A stretch of 64,000 nt of DNA from Verrucomicrobiota bacterium. GTDB taxonomy: Bacteria; Verrucomicrobiota; Verrucomicrobiia; Limisphaerales; UBA1096. The stretch's first letter is position 1. Every line of letters begins with the position of its first letter. Below are positions 17,887 to 26,766 of the stretch, piece after piece. A program made the position numbers and the translations under genes. The stretch is taken from positions 303 through 64,302 of the forward strand of contig JACNJE010000095.1 of NCBI GenBank assembly GCA_014382705.1, in the 5' to 3' direction. The notes beneath the pieces were generated by a model. The model worked only from the letters and a program-made list of their open reading frames with translations. It was not told where the DNA came from and did no database searches.

Positions 17887-18696
17887 ATGTTGAACCCGAG
17901 CTTAATTCTGGCGCAGTCCGCGCTTGGCCAAGCGGGCGGCACCAACGCCCCGCCGGCCGATGCCGCCCAGGCGGAACCGGGGCCGTCTGCCGTCGCCGAG
18001 TTTTTCGATTCCGGCGCGCTTGGCCTGCTGCTCGAGGGGGGCTTCTTCATGTGGCCCATCCTGTTGCTGGCACTGGTCGGCTTGGCCGTCATGATCGAGC
18101 GGTGGCGCAGCCTGAAAATGCTGGGCGTCGATGCCGGCGACCTGAAACAGGCGGTGCTCAACGACCTGACCGAGAGCCGGGTTGGCGATGCGCTCGAGCG
18201 GTGCGAACGGGAGCGCGGCCCGGTCGCCGCCATCCTTGCCAACGGCCTCCGCAAATATCTGGTTCTCAGCAAGCTCGATTACGATCCGGCGCGGCTTGAG
18301 GAAAAAGTCGTCAAGAGCATGGAGGGTTACGGCGCGCACATCCTCGCCGCGCTGGAGCGCCACCTGCCCCTGCTGGCCATCGTCGCCAGCGTCGCGCCGA
18401 TGATCGGCTTCCTTGGCACCGTGCAGGGGATGATCGTCGCGTTCAGCGACATCGTCGAGATGGACAAAACCGGCGGCGGCAACATTATCCAGGCGGCGGC
18501 GGCCGGTATCCAGGTGGCGCTGTTGACAACCTGCTTCGGCCTGATCGTCGGCATCCCGGCCTACGTGGCGTTCAACTATTTCTCGAGCGTGATCAACAGT
18601 TTTGTGCTCGAGGTGGAGGAGTCCGCCGCCGAGTTGATGGAGGCGGTCACCCTGCAACTGACCCTCCGCGAGGACAAACCGCCCGACTCACCGTGA
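17887..18696 (+). CDS. exbB: MotA/TolQ/ExbB proton-channel family protein
   Basis: FFMWPILLLALVGLAVMIERW and APMIGFLGTVQGMIVAF signatures, and three TM segments. The N-terminal extension has a signal-like ...SALGQA. An alternative start exists at 17839. Confidence 0.85.
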   Translation: MLNPSLILAQSALGQAGGTNAPPADAAQAEPGPSAVAEFFDSGALGLLLEGGFFMWPILLLALVGLAVMIERWRSLKMLGVDAGDLKQAVLNDLTESRVGDALERCERERGPVAAILANGLRKYLVLSKLDYDPARLEEKVVKSMEGYGAHILAALERHLPLLAIVASVAPMIGFLGTVQGMIVAFSDIVEMDKTGGGNIIQAAAAGIQVALLTTCFGLIVGIPAYVAFNYFSSVINSFVLEVEESAAELMEAVTLQLTLREDKPPDSP

Positions 18697-19112
18697 AACT
18701 GCGCCGACCCAAATACCTCGTCGAGACGCCAACCAGCGCGATGAACGACATCGCGTTCATCCTGATTGTGTTTTTCCTCGTGTGCGCCTCGGTCGAGCCG
18801 GAGGACGGCCGCTCACAGGTGATTCCCCGCAGCGAGAAAAACGAGAAGGCAGAGGCCTCGCAAAGCACCGAGGTTGGCCTCACCCCGGCCACCGTCACCA
18901 TCGACGGCACCCCGTACCGGCTGGAGGAGTTCCCGCCCCGCATCCGGCAGTTGCTCGCGCAAAAGAAAACCGAAGCCGGGCGGGTGGTCGTGCTCAAGAG
19001 CCAGGCCGACGTGCCGTACGCGCACTGGATCGCGATGACCGAAATCATCGAGCAAGCCGGAGGCATCGTCACGCTGCTGCTCGAGGAGGAGCAGGCTGTC
19101 CACCTCAATTAG
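18693..19112 (+). CDS. exbD: ExbD/TolR family biopolymer transport protein
   Basis: 139 aa. N-terminal PTSAMNDIAFILIVFFLV TM helix typical of ExbD. The GTG start overlaps the exbB stop (GTGA). Confidence 0.85.
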   Translation: MKLRRPKYLVETPTSAMNDIAFILIVFFLVCASVEPEDGRSQVIPRSEKNEKAEASQSTEVGLTPATVTIDGTPYRLEEFPPRIRQLLAQKKTEAGRVVVLKSQADVPYAHWIAMTEIIEQAGGIVTLLLEEEQAVHLN

Positions 19113-19115
19113 CGC

Positions 19116-19535
19116 ATGATCCTCCGGCGAAAAACCTTCGAGGCAACCGTGCCATCCATGGCCATGGGCGACATTGCTTTCCTGTTGCTGATCTTCATCG
19201 TCCTGCTGGCCCGGGCGCGCGACGAGAGCCATCTTGTCTGGCAGCCGGCCACTGGCACGGAGCTGGTGAAACCGGCGAACCGAAACGCCAGCGTGGTGAT
19301 CGACAGGCAGAACGTCACCTACCTGAACGGCCGCGCCATCCCGGTCGAGACCCTCGCCGCGGAACTTGAGTCACTGCTGGGCGACCTCCCCGCCGGCGGA
19401 CGCACGGTCCTGTTCAAGGTGCACAAGGACGTGATCGCCGAGTTTTTTGAGCCGGCCATCGAGGCCGTGAGCGAGGCCGGCGGCGAGCTGCACCACGTGC
19501 TGGAACCGGCTTCCAACCCGGCCTCAGCCCCCTAA
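19116..19535 (+). CDS. exbD: ExbD/TolR family biopolymer transport protein (second paralog)
   Basis: 139 aa with SMAMGDIAFLLLIFIVLL. It lies 3 nt after the first exbD. Confidence 0.85.
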   Translation: MILRRKTFEATVPSMAMGDIAFLLLIFIVLLARARDESHLVWQPATGTELVKPANRNASVVIDRQNVTYLNGRAIPVETLAAELESLLGDLPAGGRTVLFKVHKDVIAEFFEPAIEAVSEAGGELHHVLEPASNPASAP

Positions 19536-19539
19536 TCCC

Positions 19540-20217
19540 ATGACCGTTTACCTGCTGAAAGACGGAAACGAAATCGGCCCACTCGAGCCGGCTGAAGTTC
19601 AGGCGTTGATCGACGCCAACTGCATTGCGGCGAGCCAGCCGATCCGCCTCGAAGACGGCACGACCGGGACCGCCGGCACGCTGCCCGGCGTCCGCTTGGC
19701 CAAGCCGGACGCGCCCGCCGCCCCGCTTGGCCAAGCGCCCGCACCGGCCCCCGCACCGATGGCCAGCCTGACGCGGGACGTGAAATCGCTGAAGCGCAAC
19801 AGCGCCGCCGTGTCGGCGGAGCTGAACCAGTTCATGCGGGAAATGCGCGGCAAGTCTCCCCGCGAGATGCTCGGCGCGGTGGCGCGGAGCAGCCTTGTCC
19901 GGAGCGGCTTCACCGCGGCCGGCCTCCTCGCGATCATTCTCTTTTCCGCGACCGTCATCCCGTTTGCGACGCGGAGTGACGCCGAGACAGCGCGACAGCC
20001 CGACACGCCTCAACCGGCCGCACCGGCAAACACGAATGCCCCACCCCCGCCGCCCGCGACCGCCGCACCGGCGCAGACGAACGCCCCGCCCCCCGCCGGT
20101 GACAAGCAAAAGATCGCCGACAAGCTGGGCATCGGCGAAACCAAGCAGGGCCAGCCCAGCGAACCCAACCCGTTCGAGAGCACCGGCGACCTGTTGCAGG
20201 AACTCGAGTCGCCTTGA
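19540..20217 (+). CDS. single-pass membrane protein with an N-terminal GYF_2-like domain and a Pro/Ala-rich tail (occupies the TonB/TolA position, lacks a TonB C-terminal domain)
   Basis: MTVYLLKDGNEIGPLEPAEVQALIDANCI is GYF_2-like from memory. The TM helix is GFTAAGLLAIILFSATVIPFA. It is followed by PDTPQPAAPANTNAPPPPPATAAPAQTNAPPPAGD. Confidence 0.55.
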   Translation: MTVYLLKDGNEIGPLEPAEVQALIDANCIAASQPIRLEDGTTGTAGTLPGVRLAKPDAPAAPLGQAPAPAPAPMASLTRDVKSLKRNSAAVSAELNQFMREMRGKSPREMLGAVARSSLVRSGFTAAGLLAIILFSATVIPFATRSDAETARQPDTPQPAAPANTNAPPPPPATAAPAQTNAPPPAGDKQKIADKLGIGETKQGQPSEPNPFESTGDLLQELESP

Positions 20218-21704
20218 CGGACGCCCCGACAACCGGTCCCGGTGACTGGACGGCGTTCCGGCCGCTGGCCAGCCGCGCGCTCCTTGGCTGGGCGCTGGGC
20301 ATGGCGGTGGTTTGGCTGGATCGGTTCTCCCTTTACCTCCTCCCGGAATGGCTGCTTCTGGTATTGCTCACGGCGGTCGTCGTGGTCGCTGCCCGGTGGG
20401 CCGCTACCGCCCGGCCGCTTGGCCAAGCGCCGTTTCGCGCCGCGGTGTCCGCCGTCATTCTGCCGGTTTGGCTTTGGCTGGTGATGGTGCCGGCGTGGCT
20501 TGGGTGGATGGCGCTGAGTGCCTCGCTCGCGCGGCTTGGCCTCGGGGTGGTGTTTGTGACCGGGCTGGGCTGGGCGGTATGGCTGGTGGAACGCACCTCG
20601 CGGCGGCTCTTGGCCAAGCGCAGTGTCCCCTCCCTGCGGGGCGGCTCGACGGCGGTGCCGTTACTGGCGATGAACGGGGCGCCTGGCCGGGCGGCCGTCC
20701 GTTCGTCCAACCCGCTCGACATCGAGGCGTGGTACTACGGCAGGAAGCGCCGCAAGCTCAACCAGTCCGCCACCACCGTCGCGGCCTACTCGCTCCTGTT
20801 CGCGCTGCTGCTGTTGCTCGCCGGCTTCCTCACCGGTTGCAACGAGATTTACGAGATGCCCGAGGGCGGCGGCGAGCCGCAACTGCGCCAGCAGATCGTG
20901 CGAATCCAGAAAGTGATCCGCAAAAAATACGTCATCAATCCTCTGAGCGCCGTGCTGTTCAACCCGCCACCGATCGAGGAGATCAAGCTTCAGTTGCAGG
21001 AATTGACCCGGCACATCTATCAAGTCGGCCAGGGCGAGGGCAAAAACGCCGGCTTCGAGGGCGGCACCCAGCGCGGCAAGGTGCGTTTCATCCGCCTCAG
21101 CTACCCCGGCGGCGACTGGGAGCAGGACCTCGACCGCAACGCAGATCTGAACATGCTGCTGTGGTACGCGGCCAACACCGGCCAGAAGACCGCCAAAAAG
21201 CCGGAGGTGCGCAGCGTGCGCCAGCTCAAGCGGTTCCCCGCCGGCAAAAGCCCGCCGATGGTGTACATGACCGGCCAGGGCAAGATCAGTCTCGGCGAAA
21301 CAGATCACGGGATTCTCCGCGAATACCTCACCGACAAGCACGGTATGTTGTTTGCCGACAACGGCGGGAGTGCCGGCTGGCACAGCCAGTTTTTTTCGCT
21401 GATGGAGAAGGTGCTGCCGAAGGTCAAGCCGCAGCCGGTACCGCTGGATCATCCCGTTCATTCCGGGGTGCCGTTCCTGCCGGTGGTGGCGCCGCACGGC
21501 GGCCGCACCGCTTGGGGATGGGTAGTCGACGGGCGCCTGGCCGTGTATTACCACCCCGGCGACGTGGGCGACGCCTGGGCTGACGGTCACGCCGGGGTGC
21601 CACGGCAGGTCTGGGAATCCGGCTTTCGCCTAGGCGGCAATATCCTGCTTTATGCACACTCGGAATACAGCCGATGGTTGACCGCAAAAAACAACTCGGA
21701 CTGA
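20214..21704 (+). CDS. polytopic membrane domain fused to a DUF4159-like C-terminal domain (496 aa, TTG start uncertain)
   Basis: Four to six hydrophobic helices in the first 200 aa. The C-terminal VRFIRLSYPGGDWEQDLDRNADLNMLLWY...MVYMTGQGKISL...LFADNGG resembles DUF4159 from memory. Confidence 0.55.
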   Translation: MTDAPTTGPGDWTAFRPLASRALLGWALGMAVVWLDRFSLYLLPEWLLLVLLTAVVVVAARWAATARPLGQAPFRAAVSAVILPVWLWLVMVPAWLGWMALSASLARLGLGVVFVTGLGWAVWLVERTSRRLLAKRSVPSLRGGSTAVPLLAMNGAPGRAAVRSSNPLDIEAWYYGRKRRKLNQSATTVAAYSLLFALLLLLAGFLTGCNEIYEMPEGGGEPQLRQQIVRIQKVIRKKYVINPLSAVLFNPPPIEEIKLQLQELTRHIYQVGQGEGKNAGFEGGTQRGKVRFIRLSYPGGDWEQDLDRNADLNMLLWYAANTGQKTAKKPEVRSVRQLKRFPAGKSPPMVYMTGQGKISLGETDHGILREYLTDKHGMLFADNGGSAGWHSQFFSLMEKVLPKVKPQPVPLDHPVHSGVPFLPVVAPHGGRTAWGWVVDGRLAVYYHPGDVGDAWADGHAGVPRQVWESGFRLGGNILLYAHSEYSRWLTAKNNSD

Positions 21705-23305
21705 TTTGCGCCGTCGCAATTTGGCTGTGCACGCCCGTCGAGCCGACGGCGGCCAAGCTGTCTTGGTTGGAGCAAATCGAGGTCGGGACCTTCGCCGAGC
21801 TGCGCGAAGTGGAGCGGTTCCAGCTCAAGGCGGCCGAGGCGTTTTACACGAAGGGAGAGTTCGCCGCCGCCGGTGCCGAGTACGAGAAATTCATCACCCT
21901 TTACGAGCGCAGCCCCGGTGCGCCGTACGCCCAGCTCATGTGGAGCCACTGCCAGGTCCGGCAACGCAACGTGTACACCGCCATCCGGGATGGCTTCCGC
22001 TCCGTAATCGACTACTGGCCCGAGTCGCGCGAGGCCAAGTTGTCCGCCTACCTCATCGGCCGCTCGTACAAATCGGTGGGGGAAGTGAAGCAGGCCGACG
22101 CCGCCTACGGCAAGGCGATCACGGCTCACCCCGGCGATCACGTTGCTGTGTTGTCCAAATGGGACATGGCCGAGATCGCCCACATTCGGAAAGACACCCA
22201 ACGGCTCGAGCAGGTCTGGAGCGATCTGGTGTTCAACACCAAGCTCAACAAGCAAAACCGAACCTACGTCGAGCGCGCCGCCCAAGGCCTGGCCAAGCAT
22301 CACTTCGCCGGGGCCGACTTCGCCAAGGCCCGCAAGGCGCTCGAGGTGCCCTACAGCGGCGGTGCCGTGCTGGACGCCATTTATCAAAACGCCAAGGGCG
22401 CAATCAGCCGTCTTTGCGGCGATGACCCAACCCGGCGCAGCGGCGAACAACTTGCCGACCGGATCATCACCCTGCTCCTCGACGAAACACTTCACATCCA
22501 GCCAAGCGGCAACGGGACGGATGAAATCCGCGAGCTTCACCGACGCGCCGCCCGGCTGCACGAGCGCGCCGGGCGCGACCTCGACGTCGTCAAGACCTAC
22601 GAGCGCTTGGCCAAGCGCATCGGGATGGATGACGGCGTGCGCGGCAGCATCGCCGCCTGGCACCGTGCAAAAAAACGGCATCCGAAGGCCCGGGAGCTTT
22701 ATGCCCAATTCGAGGACAAAACAGATGGCCTGATCCGGATCGCCGACACTTGGCTCGAGGAAGGGCAGCCGGCCGAGGCGATCCGCCTCTATGACCGCTT
22801 GGCCAAGCTTGAGCCGAACCGGCTCGCCGACTGGAAAAAGGCCATCGGCGGGATTTACACGGACTCGGGCCAGCACGACAAGGCCATCGAGGTTTACCGG
22901 GAACTGATCACAATCGCCCCGGCGGAGGCCAGCACTTGGTACTGGACCATCGGCGGCATTTACGAGCACACCAACCGACTCAAGCTGGCCATCCAGGCCT
23001 ACCGCCAATCCGACCGCTACCCACAGGCCTACTTCCAGATGGCCAAGTGCCATCGAAAACTGAAGGAATACACCGAGGCACTGACGCTGTATCACCAGGC
23101 GCTGGCCACGGAGAAGGTCGCGCCCGACGCCACTCTGGCCATCGGCTACACCTACGAGGAACAGGCCAAAAAGAAGGACGCCATCAAGTGGTTCCAGCGC
23201 ACCTGCAAACTTTACCCCCGCACCCGCAACGCCAGCAAGGCCCACGCCCACCTGCAGAAGGAGTACGGCATCAGCGTCACCCTCGGCGGGTCAAGGGAGA
23301 AATAA
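21674..23305 (+). CDS. TPR-repeat protein (543 aa), secreted
   Basis: N-terminal hydrophobic signal LGLICAVAIWLCTPVEP. Repeated TPR-like A..Y..A/L..P patterns run throughout, for example AIRLYDRLAKLEPN and AIEVYRELITIAP. Confidence 0.75.
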   Translation: MVDRKKQLGLICAVAIWLCTPVEPTAAKLSWLEQIEVGTFAELREVERFQLKAAEAFYTKGEFAAAGAEYEKFITLYERSPGAPYAQLMWSHCQVRQRNVYTAIRDGFRSVIDYWPESREAKLSAYLIGRSYKSVGEVKQADAAYGKAITAHPGDHVAVLSKWDMAEIAHIRKDTQRLEQVWSDLVFNTKLNKQNRTYVERAAQGLAKHHFAGADFAKARKALEVPYSGGAVLDAIYQNAKGAISRLCGDDPTRRSGEQLADRIITLLLDETLHIQPSGNGTDEIRELHRRAARLHERAGRDLDVVKTYERLAKRIGMDDGVRGSIAAWHRAKKRHPKARELYAQFEDKTDGLIRIADTWLEEGQPAEAIRLYDRLAKLEPNRLADWKKAIGGIYTDSGQHDKAIEVYRELITIAPAEASTWYWTIGGIYEHTNRLKLAIQAYRQSDRYPQAYFQMAKCHRKLKEYTEALTLYHQALATEKVAPDATLAIGYTYEEQAKKKDAIKWFQRTCKLYPRTRNASKAHAHLQKEYGISVTLGGSREK

Positions 23306-23390
23306 ACCGGCCCCAGAACGGCCAACCCGTGTCCCGCCGACCTTCATCACCTGTTCATTGGAACGGGCCAAACCCCAAAATAACAGAGAT

Positions 23391-23414
23391 GCAGTATTGC
23401 AGTATTGCAGTATT
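23391..23414 (+). promoter_or_regulatory. 3 x 8-bp perfect tandem repeat GCAGTATT upstream of the antitoxin gene (candidate operator)
   Basis: GCAGTATTGCAGTATTGCAGTATT read directly, 18 nt upstream of the ATG at 23432. Confidence 0.4.
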
Positions 23415-23431
23415 TGAGTACCTTGGGCGTG

Positions 23432-23671
23432 ATGACGAGCGTGAAGTTGAACGAGCGCGGCTCGCTGACATTGCCGAAGCGGTTGCGGGAGAAGTACGCG
23501 ATGGACGGTGACTCCACGGTGATCGTGGAGGATGCCGGCGAGGGCATTCTCGTGCGCCCGGCGGAAGTGGTGCCGGTGGAGATTTACAGCGAGGCACGGC
23601 TGGCGGAGTTCGCCGGGGGGGAGGCGGAGTTGGCCCGGTATCTCAAGTCGAAACCCGGTGGCCGCAAGTAA
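23432..23671 (+). CDS. AbrB/SpoVT (MazE/VapB-type) antitoxin
   Basis: MTSVKLNERGSLTLPKRLREKYAMDGDSTVIVEDAGEGILVRP is a swapped-hairpin AbrB-type DNA-binding fold. The stop is directly followed by the PIN gene ATG (TAAATG). Confidence 0.75.
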   Translation: MTSVKLNERGSLTLPKRLREKYAMDGDSTVIVEDAGEGILVRPAEVVPVEIYSEARLAEFAGGEAELARYLKSKPGGRK

Positions 23672-24100
23672 ATGGGTGCTGAGACGCCACTGCGGGTTTT
23701 CTGCGACGCGAACATGCTCTTTTCTGCGAGCAAGCTGCGCAGTGCCATTCGGCGGCTGGTTCAGGCGCTGATCAAGCGCAAGGCGGCGGTGGCCAGCCGG
23801 TACGCAATCGTGGAGGCGGAGGCGAATCTGCGGGCCAAGCAGCCGGACTGGCTCCCGCATTGGCCAAAACTCCGGGGGAGGTTTCGGGTGCACGATGCAC
23901 GGGCAGAAATCCGGGTGCGCGGGCTGCCAGAAAAAGATTTGCCGATTGTGCAGGCAGCCGTGTTGGCCACGGCCACGCATTTGCTCACGGGCGACCAAAA
24001 ACATTTCGGCTCCCTAATGGGCAAATCGGTACGCAGCGTCAAGGTGGTGTCGCCCCGGATGCTGGCGATGGAACTGGAGGCAATGGGATGGACGGTGTGA
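23672..24100 (+). CDS. PIN-domain toxin (VapC-like)
   Basis: 142 aa. N-terminal VFCDANMLFSA with an acidic Asp, and C-terminal ...LLTGDQKHFG, typical of PIN nucleases. Confidence 0.7.
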   Translation: MGAETPLRVFCDANMLFSASKLRSAIRRLVQALIKRKAAVASRYAIVEAEANLRAKQPDWLPHWPKLRGRFRVHDARAEIRVRGLPEKDLPIVQAAVLATATHLLTGDQKHFGSLMGKSVRSVKVVSPRMLAMELEAMGWTV

Positions 24101-24124
24101 TCTCGCAGCCGCACTTGGCCAAGG

Positions 24125-24952
24125 TCAATGGCTGAAGCCGAAGATGCGGGCTTGGTGGTCGGCGGCGGGGAAGAACTTGGCCAAGGCTTGGCGGAGTTGG
24201 GCAGTGGCGCGCTGGAGGGCGAGGCTGTCGGCGGCGAGTAGTTTGATGCTCCAGCCGGCGGCGACCAAGCGGCTCGCGCCGATCCGGATGGTATCCGACT
24301 GGATGGCGTTGATCTCCCCGATCCAATTGTCGTCCGCCCAAGCGGCCTCGCTGATGACGCAGGCCGAGGCGTAGTGGCCAAGCGGAAACGGCTGCTTCAT
24401 CGCGGCGAAGGCGGGACTGTCCGGCTCGAGCAGGAATCGCTCGCGCAGGACTAGGCGGCCGGCGTAGGTGACGTTGCATTCCCAGTCGATCTCCCTGTAA
24501 CTGAACGACTCGCCGTGTGCGACACGGCCGGGTGCGATCGTCTCGAGCAGGAGCAGTTCGCCTCCCTCATCGATGCTGATGTCGGCGGACTGCTTGTAGC
24601 GGCTGAGTCGCTGCGGGATGAATGGCGCGGGGCAAAACTCGAGCCGAGCGCCCTTGGCCAAGCGGAAGCGCTGCCGCAGCTCCGCACCGTCGCCGTTCAT
24701 CGTATGGGCTCGCCCGGCGCTTGGCGTGATGATGCGCAGGCTCGCGCCCTCGTCGAGGTTGACGCAGCTGGTGAGCCGGTCGCCGCCGAACAGCCCGGGC
24801 GTCGGGCTGGCGAGTTGCAGGAGCAACGCGTCGCCGTCCCAATACGGTTTACTGATGTGAAACGGCGCGGAGAAAGACTGCTCGCGGAGGTAGCTGCGGC
24901 CGGTCGTGTCACGGGCGCAGGTGAGGTCAAGATGGCCGGCGAGCGTGGGCAT
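24125..24952 (-). CDS. ureD: urease accessory protein UreD
   Basis: [38 protein letters not shown]...LQLASPTPGLFGGD is the UreD/UreH family. The ATG at 24952 overlaps the ureG stop by 1 nt. An upstream in-frame Met at 24988 is less likely. Confidence 0.85.
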   Translation of the reverse strand: MPTLAGHLDLTCARDTTGRSYLREQSFSAPFHISKPYWDGDALLLQLASPTPGLFGGDRLTSCVNLDEGASLRIITPSAGRAHTMNGDGAELRQRFRLAKGARLEFCPAPFIPQRLSRYKQSADISIDEGGELLLLETIAPGRVAHGESFSYREIDWECNVTYAGRLVLRERFLLEPDSPAFAAMKQPFPLGHYASACVISEAAWADDNWIGEINAIQSDTIRIGASRLVAAGWSIKLLAADSLALQRATAQLRQALAKFFPAADHQARIFGFSH

Positions 24953-25581
24953 CACGTCGCCTCGAACAGGCATTCGCGCTGAATCCACGCCACCACGTCG
25001 TCGAGTCCCTTGTGCGACTTAAGATCGCAGAACAGCGTTGGCCGATCGCCGCGCATGGTTTTCGAGTCACGCTCCATCACGCCCAGATCGGCGCCGACGT
25101 ACGGGGCGAGGTCGGTCTTGTTGACGATCATCAGGTCGCTGAACCGGATCGCCGGGCCGCCTTTGCGCGGGATCTTGTCGCCCTCCGAAACGTCGATGAT
25201 GTAGATGAACGAGTCGACCAGCTCCGGCGAAAAGGTCGCCGACAGGTTGTCGCCGCCGCTCTCGACAAGGATCAGCTCGAGGTCGCCGTGGCGTTCCTCC
25301 ATTTGCGCGATGGCCTGATTGTTCATCGTCGTGTCGTCGCGGATCGCGGTGTGCGGACAGCCGCCGGTCTCGACGCCGACGATGCGTTCCTCGCCGAGCG
25401 CGCCGTTCTTCACGAGGAACTGCGCGTCCTCGAGCGTGTAAATGTCGTTGGTGATGACGGCCATGCTGTAGTCGTCGCGGAGCGCCTCGCACAGCCGCAG
25501 GGCGAGCATGGTCTTGCCGGAGCCAACCGGCCCGCCGAGGCCGATCCGCACCGGCCGGTCAAATCGTTTGTTGCTGCTCAT
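24952..25581 (-). CDS. ureG: urease accessory GTPase UreG
   Basis: P-loop GGPVGSGKT, ...ESGGDNL..., ...NKTDLAP. Confidence 0.95.
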   Translation of the reverse strand: MSSNKRFDRPVRIGLGGPVGSGKTMLALRLCEALRDDYSMAVITNDIYTLEDAQFLVKNGALGEERIVGVETGGCPHTAIRDDTTMNNQAIAQMEERHGDLELILVESGGDNLSATFSPELVDSFIYIIDVSEGDKIPRKGGPAIRFSDLMIVNKTDLAPYVGADLGVMERDSKTMRGDRPTLFCDLKSHKGLDDVVAWIQRECLFEAT

Positions 25582-26264
25582 GAGATAAAAAGTCGGCTGA
25601 AAGCGGTCTCGTGCCGGGCGCTGCTGATGTCGAGCGCGGGGCAGAGCCAGCCCATGTCATCCGTCGAAATCTGTTTCGCATTCTCGACCACCTCGGCCGT
25701 TTGCGCCAAAGCACCAGAGAGAATTTTTTGGCAGGCGAGCTGGCCCATCCGGACGAGCTTGAGCGCGGCGTTCACGAACGGCGTGAGCCCGTGATAAAAT
25801 GCGAGGCCCAGCGTGTCGTCGAGCGGCATTTGGCCCAGCGCGCCCTGCGTGCCGAGGACGATTGGCTCATACGCCTCCAGGCGCTTGGCCAAGCGGGCCT
25901 GCTCGATGTCTCGCCAAAACGGCTCGCGGGTCAACTCGAGATTCAGCGCCAGCCGCTGGCGGCCGGTGCGGGCGGTGGCTTCGCGAAGTTCGCGCGACGG
26001 CTTCATCGCGCCGTACAGCTGATCGAGTTCGCAGAGCTTGGCCAAGTCGGCGTCCTGCGCCGCCGCAAACGCCGCCGCCGCCGTGGGCAGCTCCAGCTTC
26101 TCAAGGCCGGGGATGACCATGTCGTGGAGGAACTCTCGGAAGTCGCCCTCGCTGTCGATCAGCCCGTCCTGTACCGCACCCTCCATGCCGTACGAGTGGG
26201 CGTAGGCGCCAGTCGGGAACATCGAGTCGGAGCGTTGCAGCAGTTGTGGCAGCCACGTGTTCAT
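25578..26264 (-). CDS. ureF: urease accessory protein UreF
   Basis: [21 protein letters not shown] is the UreF N-terminal motif. Position between ureE and ureG. Confidence 0.9.
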   Translation of the reverse strand: MNTWLPQLLQRSDSMFPTGAYAHSYGMEGAVQDGLIDSEGDFREFLHDMVIPGLEKLELPTAAAAFAAAQDADLAKLCELDQLYGAMKPSRELREATARTGRQRLALNLELTREPFWRDIEQARLAKRLEAYEPIVLGTQGALGQMPLDDTLGLAFYHGLTPFVNAALKLVRMGQLACQKILSGALAQTAEVVENAKQISTDDMGWLCPALDISSARHETAFSRLFIS

Positions 26265-26276
26265 CGGTCGCCCCGG

Positions 26277-26765
26277 TCAGCCGTGAGTGTGGTCGTGGCT
26301 GTGTTCAATGCCGTGATCGTGCGAGTGGTCGTGACTGTGTCCGGCACCGATCGAGCCTTTCATCGGCTGAAAAATCTCGTCCTTAATTTCAAACGCGATG
26401 CCCATGCTGGTGAACAGTTGGCACACCGCCGGATCATCCCCAACGCGAATTTCGTCCGCGGCGACTTGCACCGGCATATGGAGGTTGCCGATCTGCCATC
26501 CGGTCTCGGCCGCTTCGATGGCGTCGCCGGCCAAGCGGATTGCGAGCACCGGCTCGGGCGTCTGCCGGATGCGATAACGATGCGTCGCGGACTCATAAAA
26601 AACCGCGCCGTGGCCAAGCGGCTCGGCCAACTCAAAACCGAAGTCGGCACCGTCCTCCGCCGCGCCGCGCCAGCGACGCTTCTGCAACTTGAACCGGTCA
26701 GCGACCAACTCGACTTCAGGTAATTCGGCTTCGCTTGCCTCGATGGATTGCCTGACGAGTTGCAT
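26277..26765 (-). CDS. ureE: urease accessory metallochaperone UreE
   Basis: IGNLHMPVQV motif and a His-rich tail GHSHDHSHDHGIEHSHDHTHG. Confidence 0.9.
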   Translation of the reverse strand: MQLVRQSIEASEAELPEVELVADRFKLQKRRWRGAAEDGADFGFELAEPLGHGAVFYESATHRYRIRQTPEPVLAIRLAGDAIEAAETGWQIGNLHMPVQVAADEIRVGDDPAVCQLFTSMGIAFEIKDEIFQPMKGSIGAGHSHDHSHDHGIEHSHDHTHG

Positions 26766-26766
26766 T

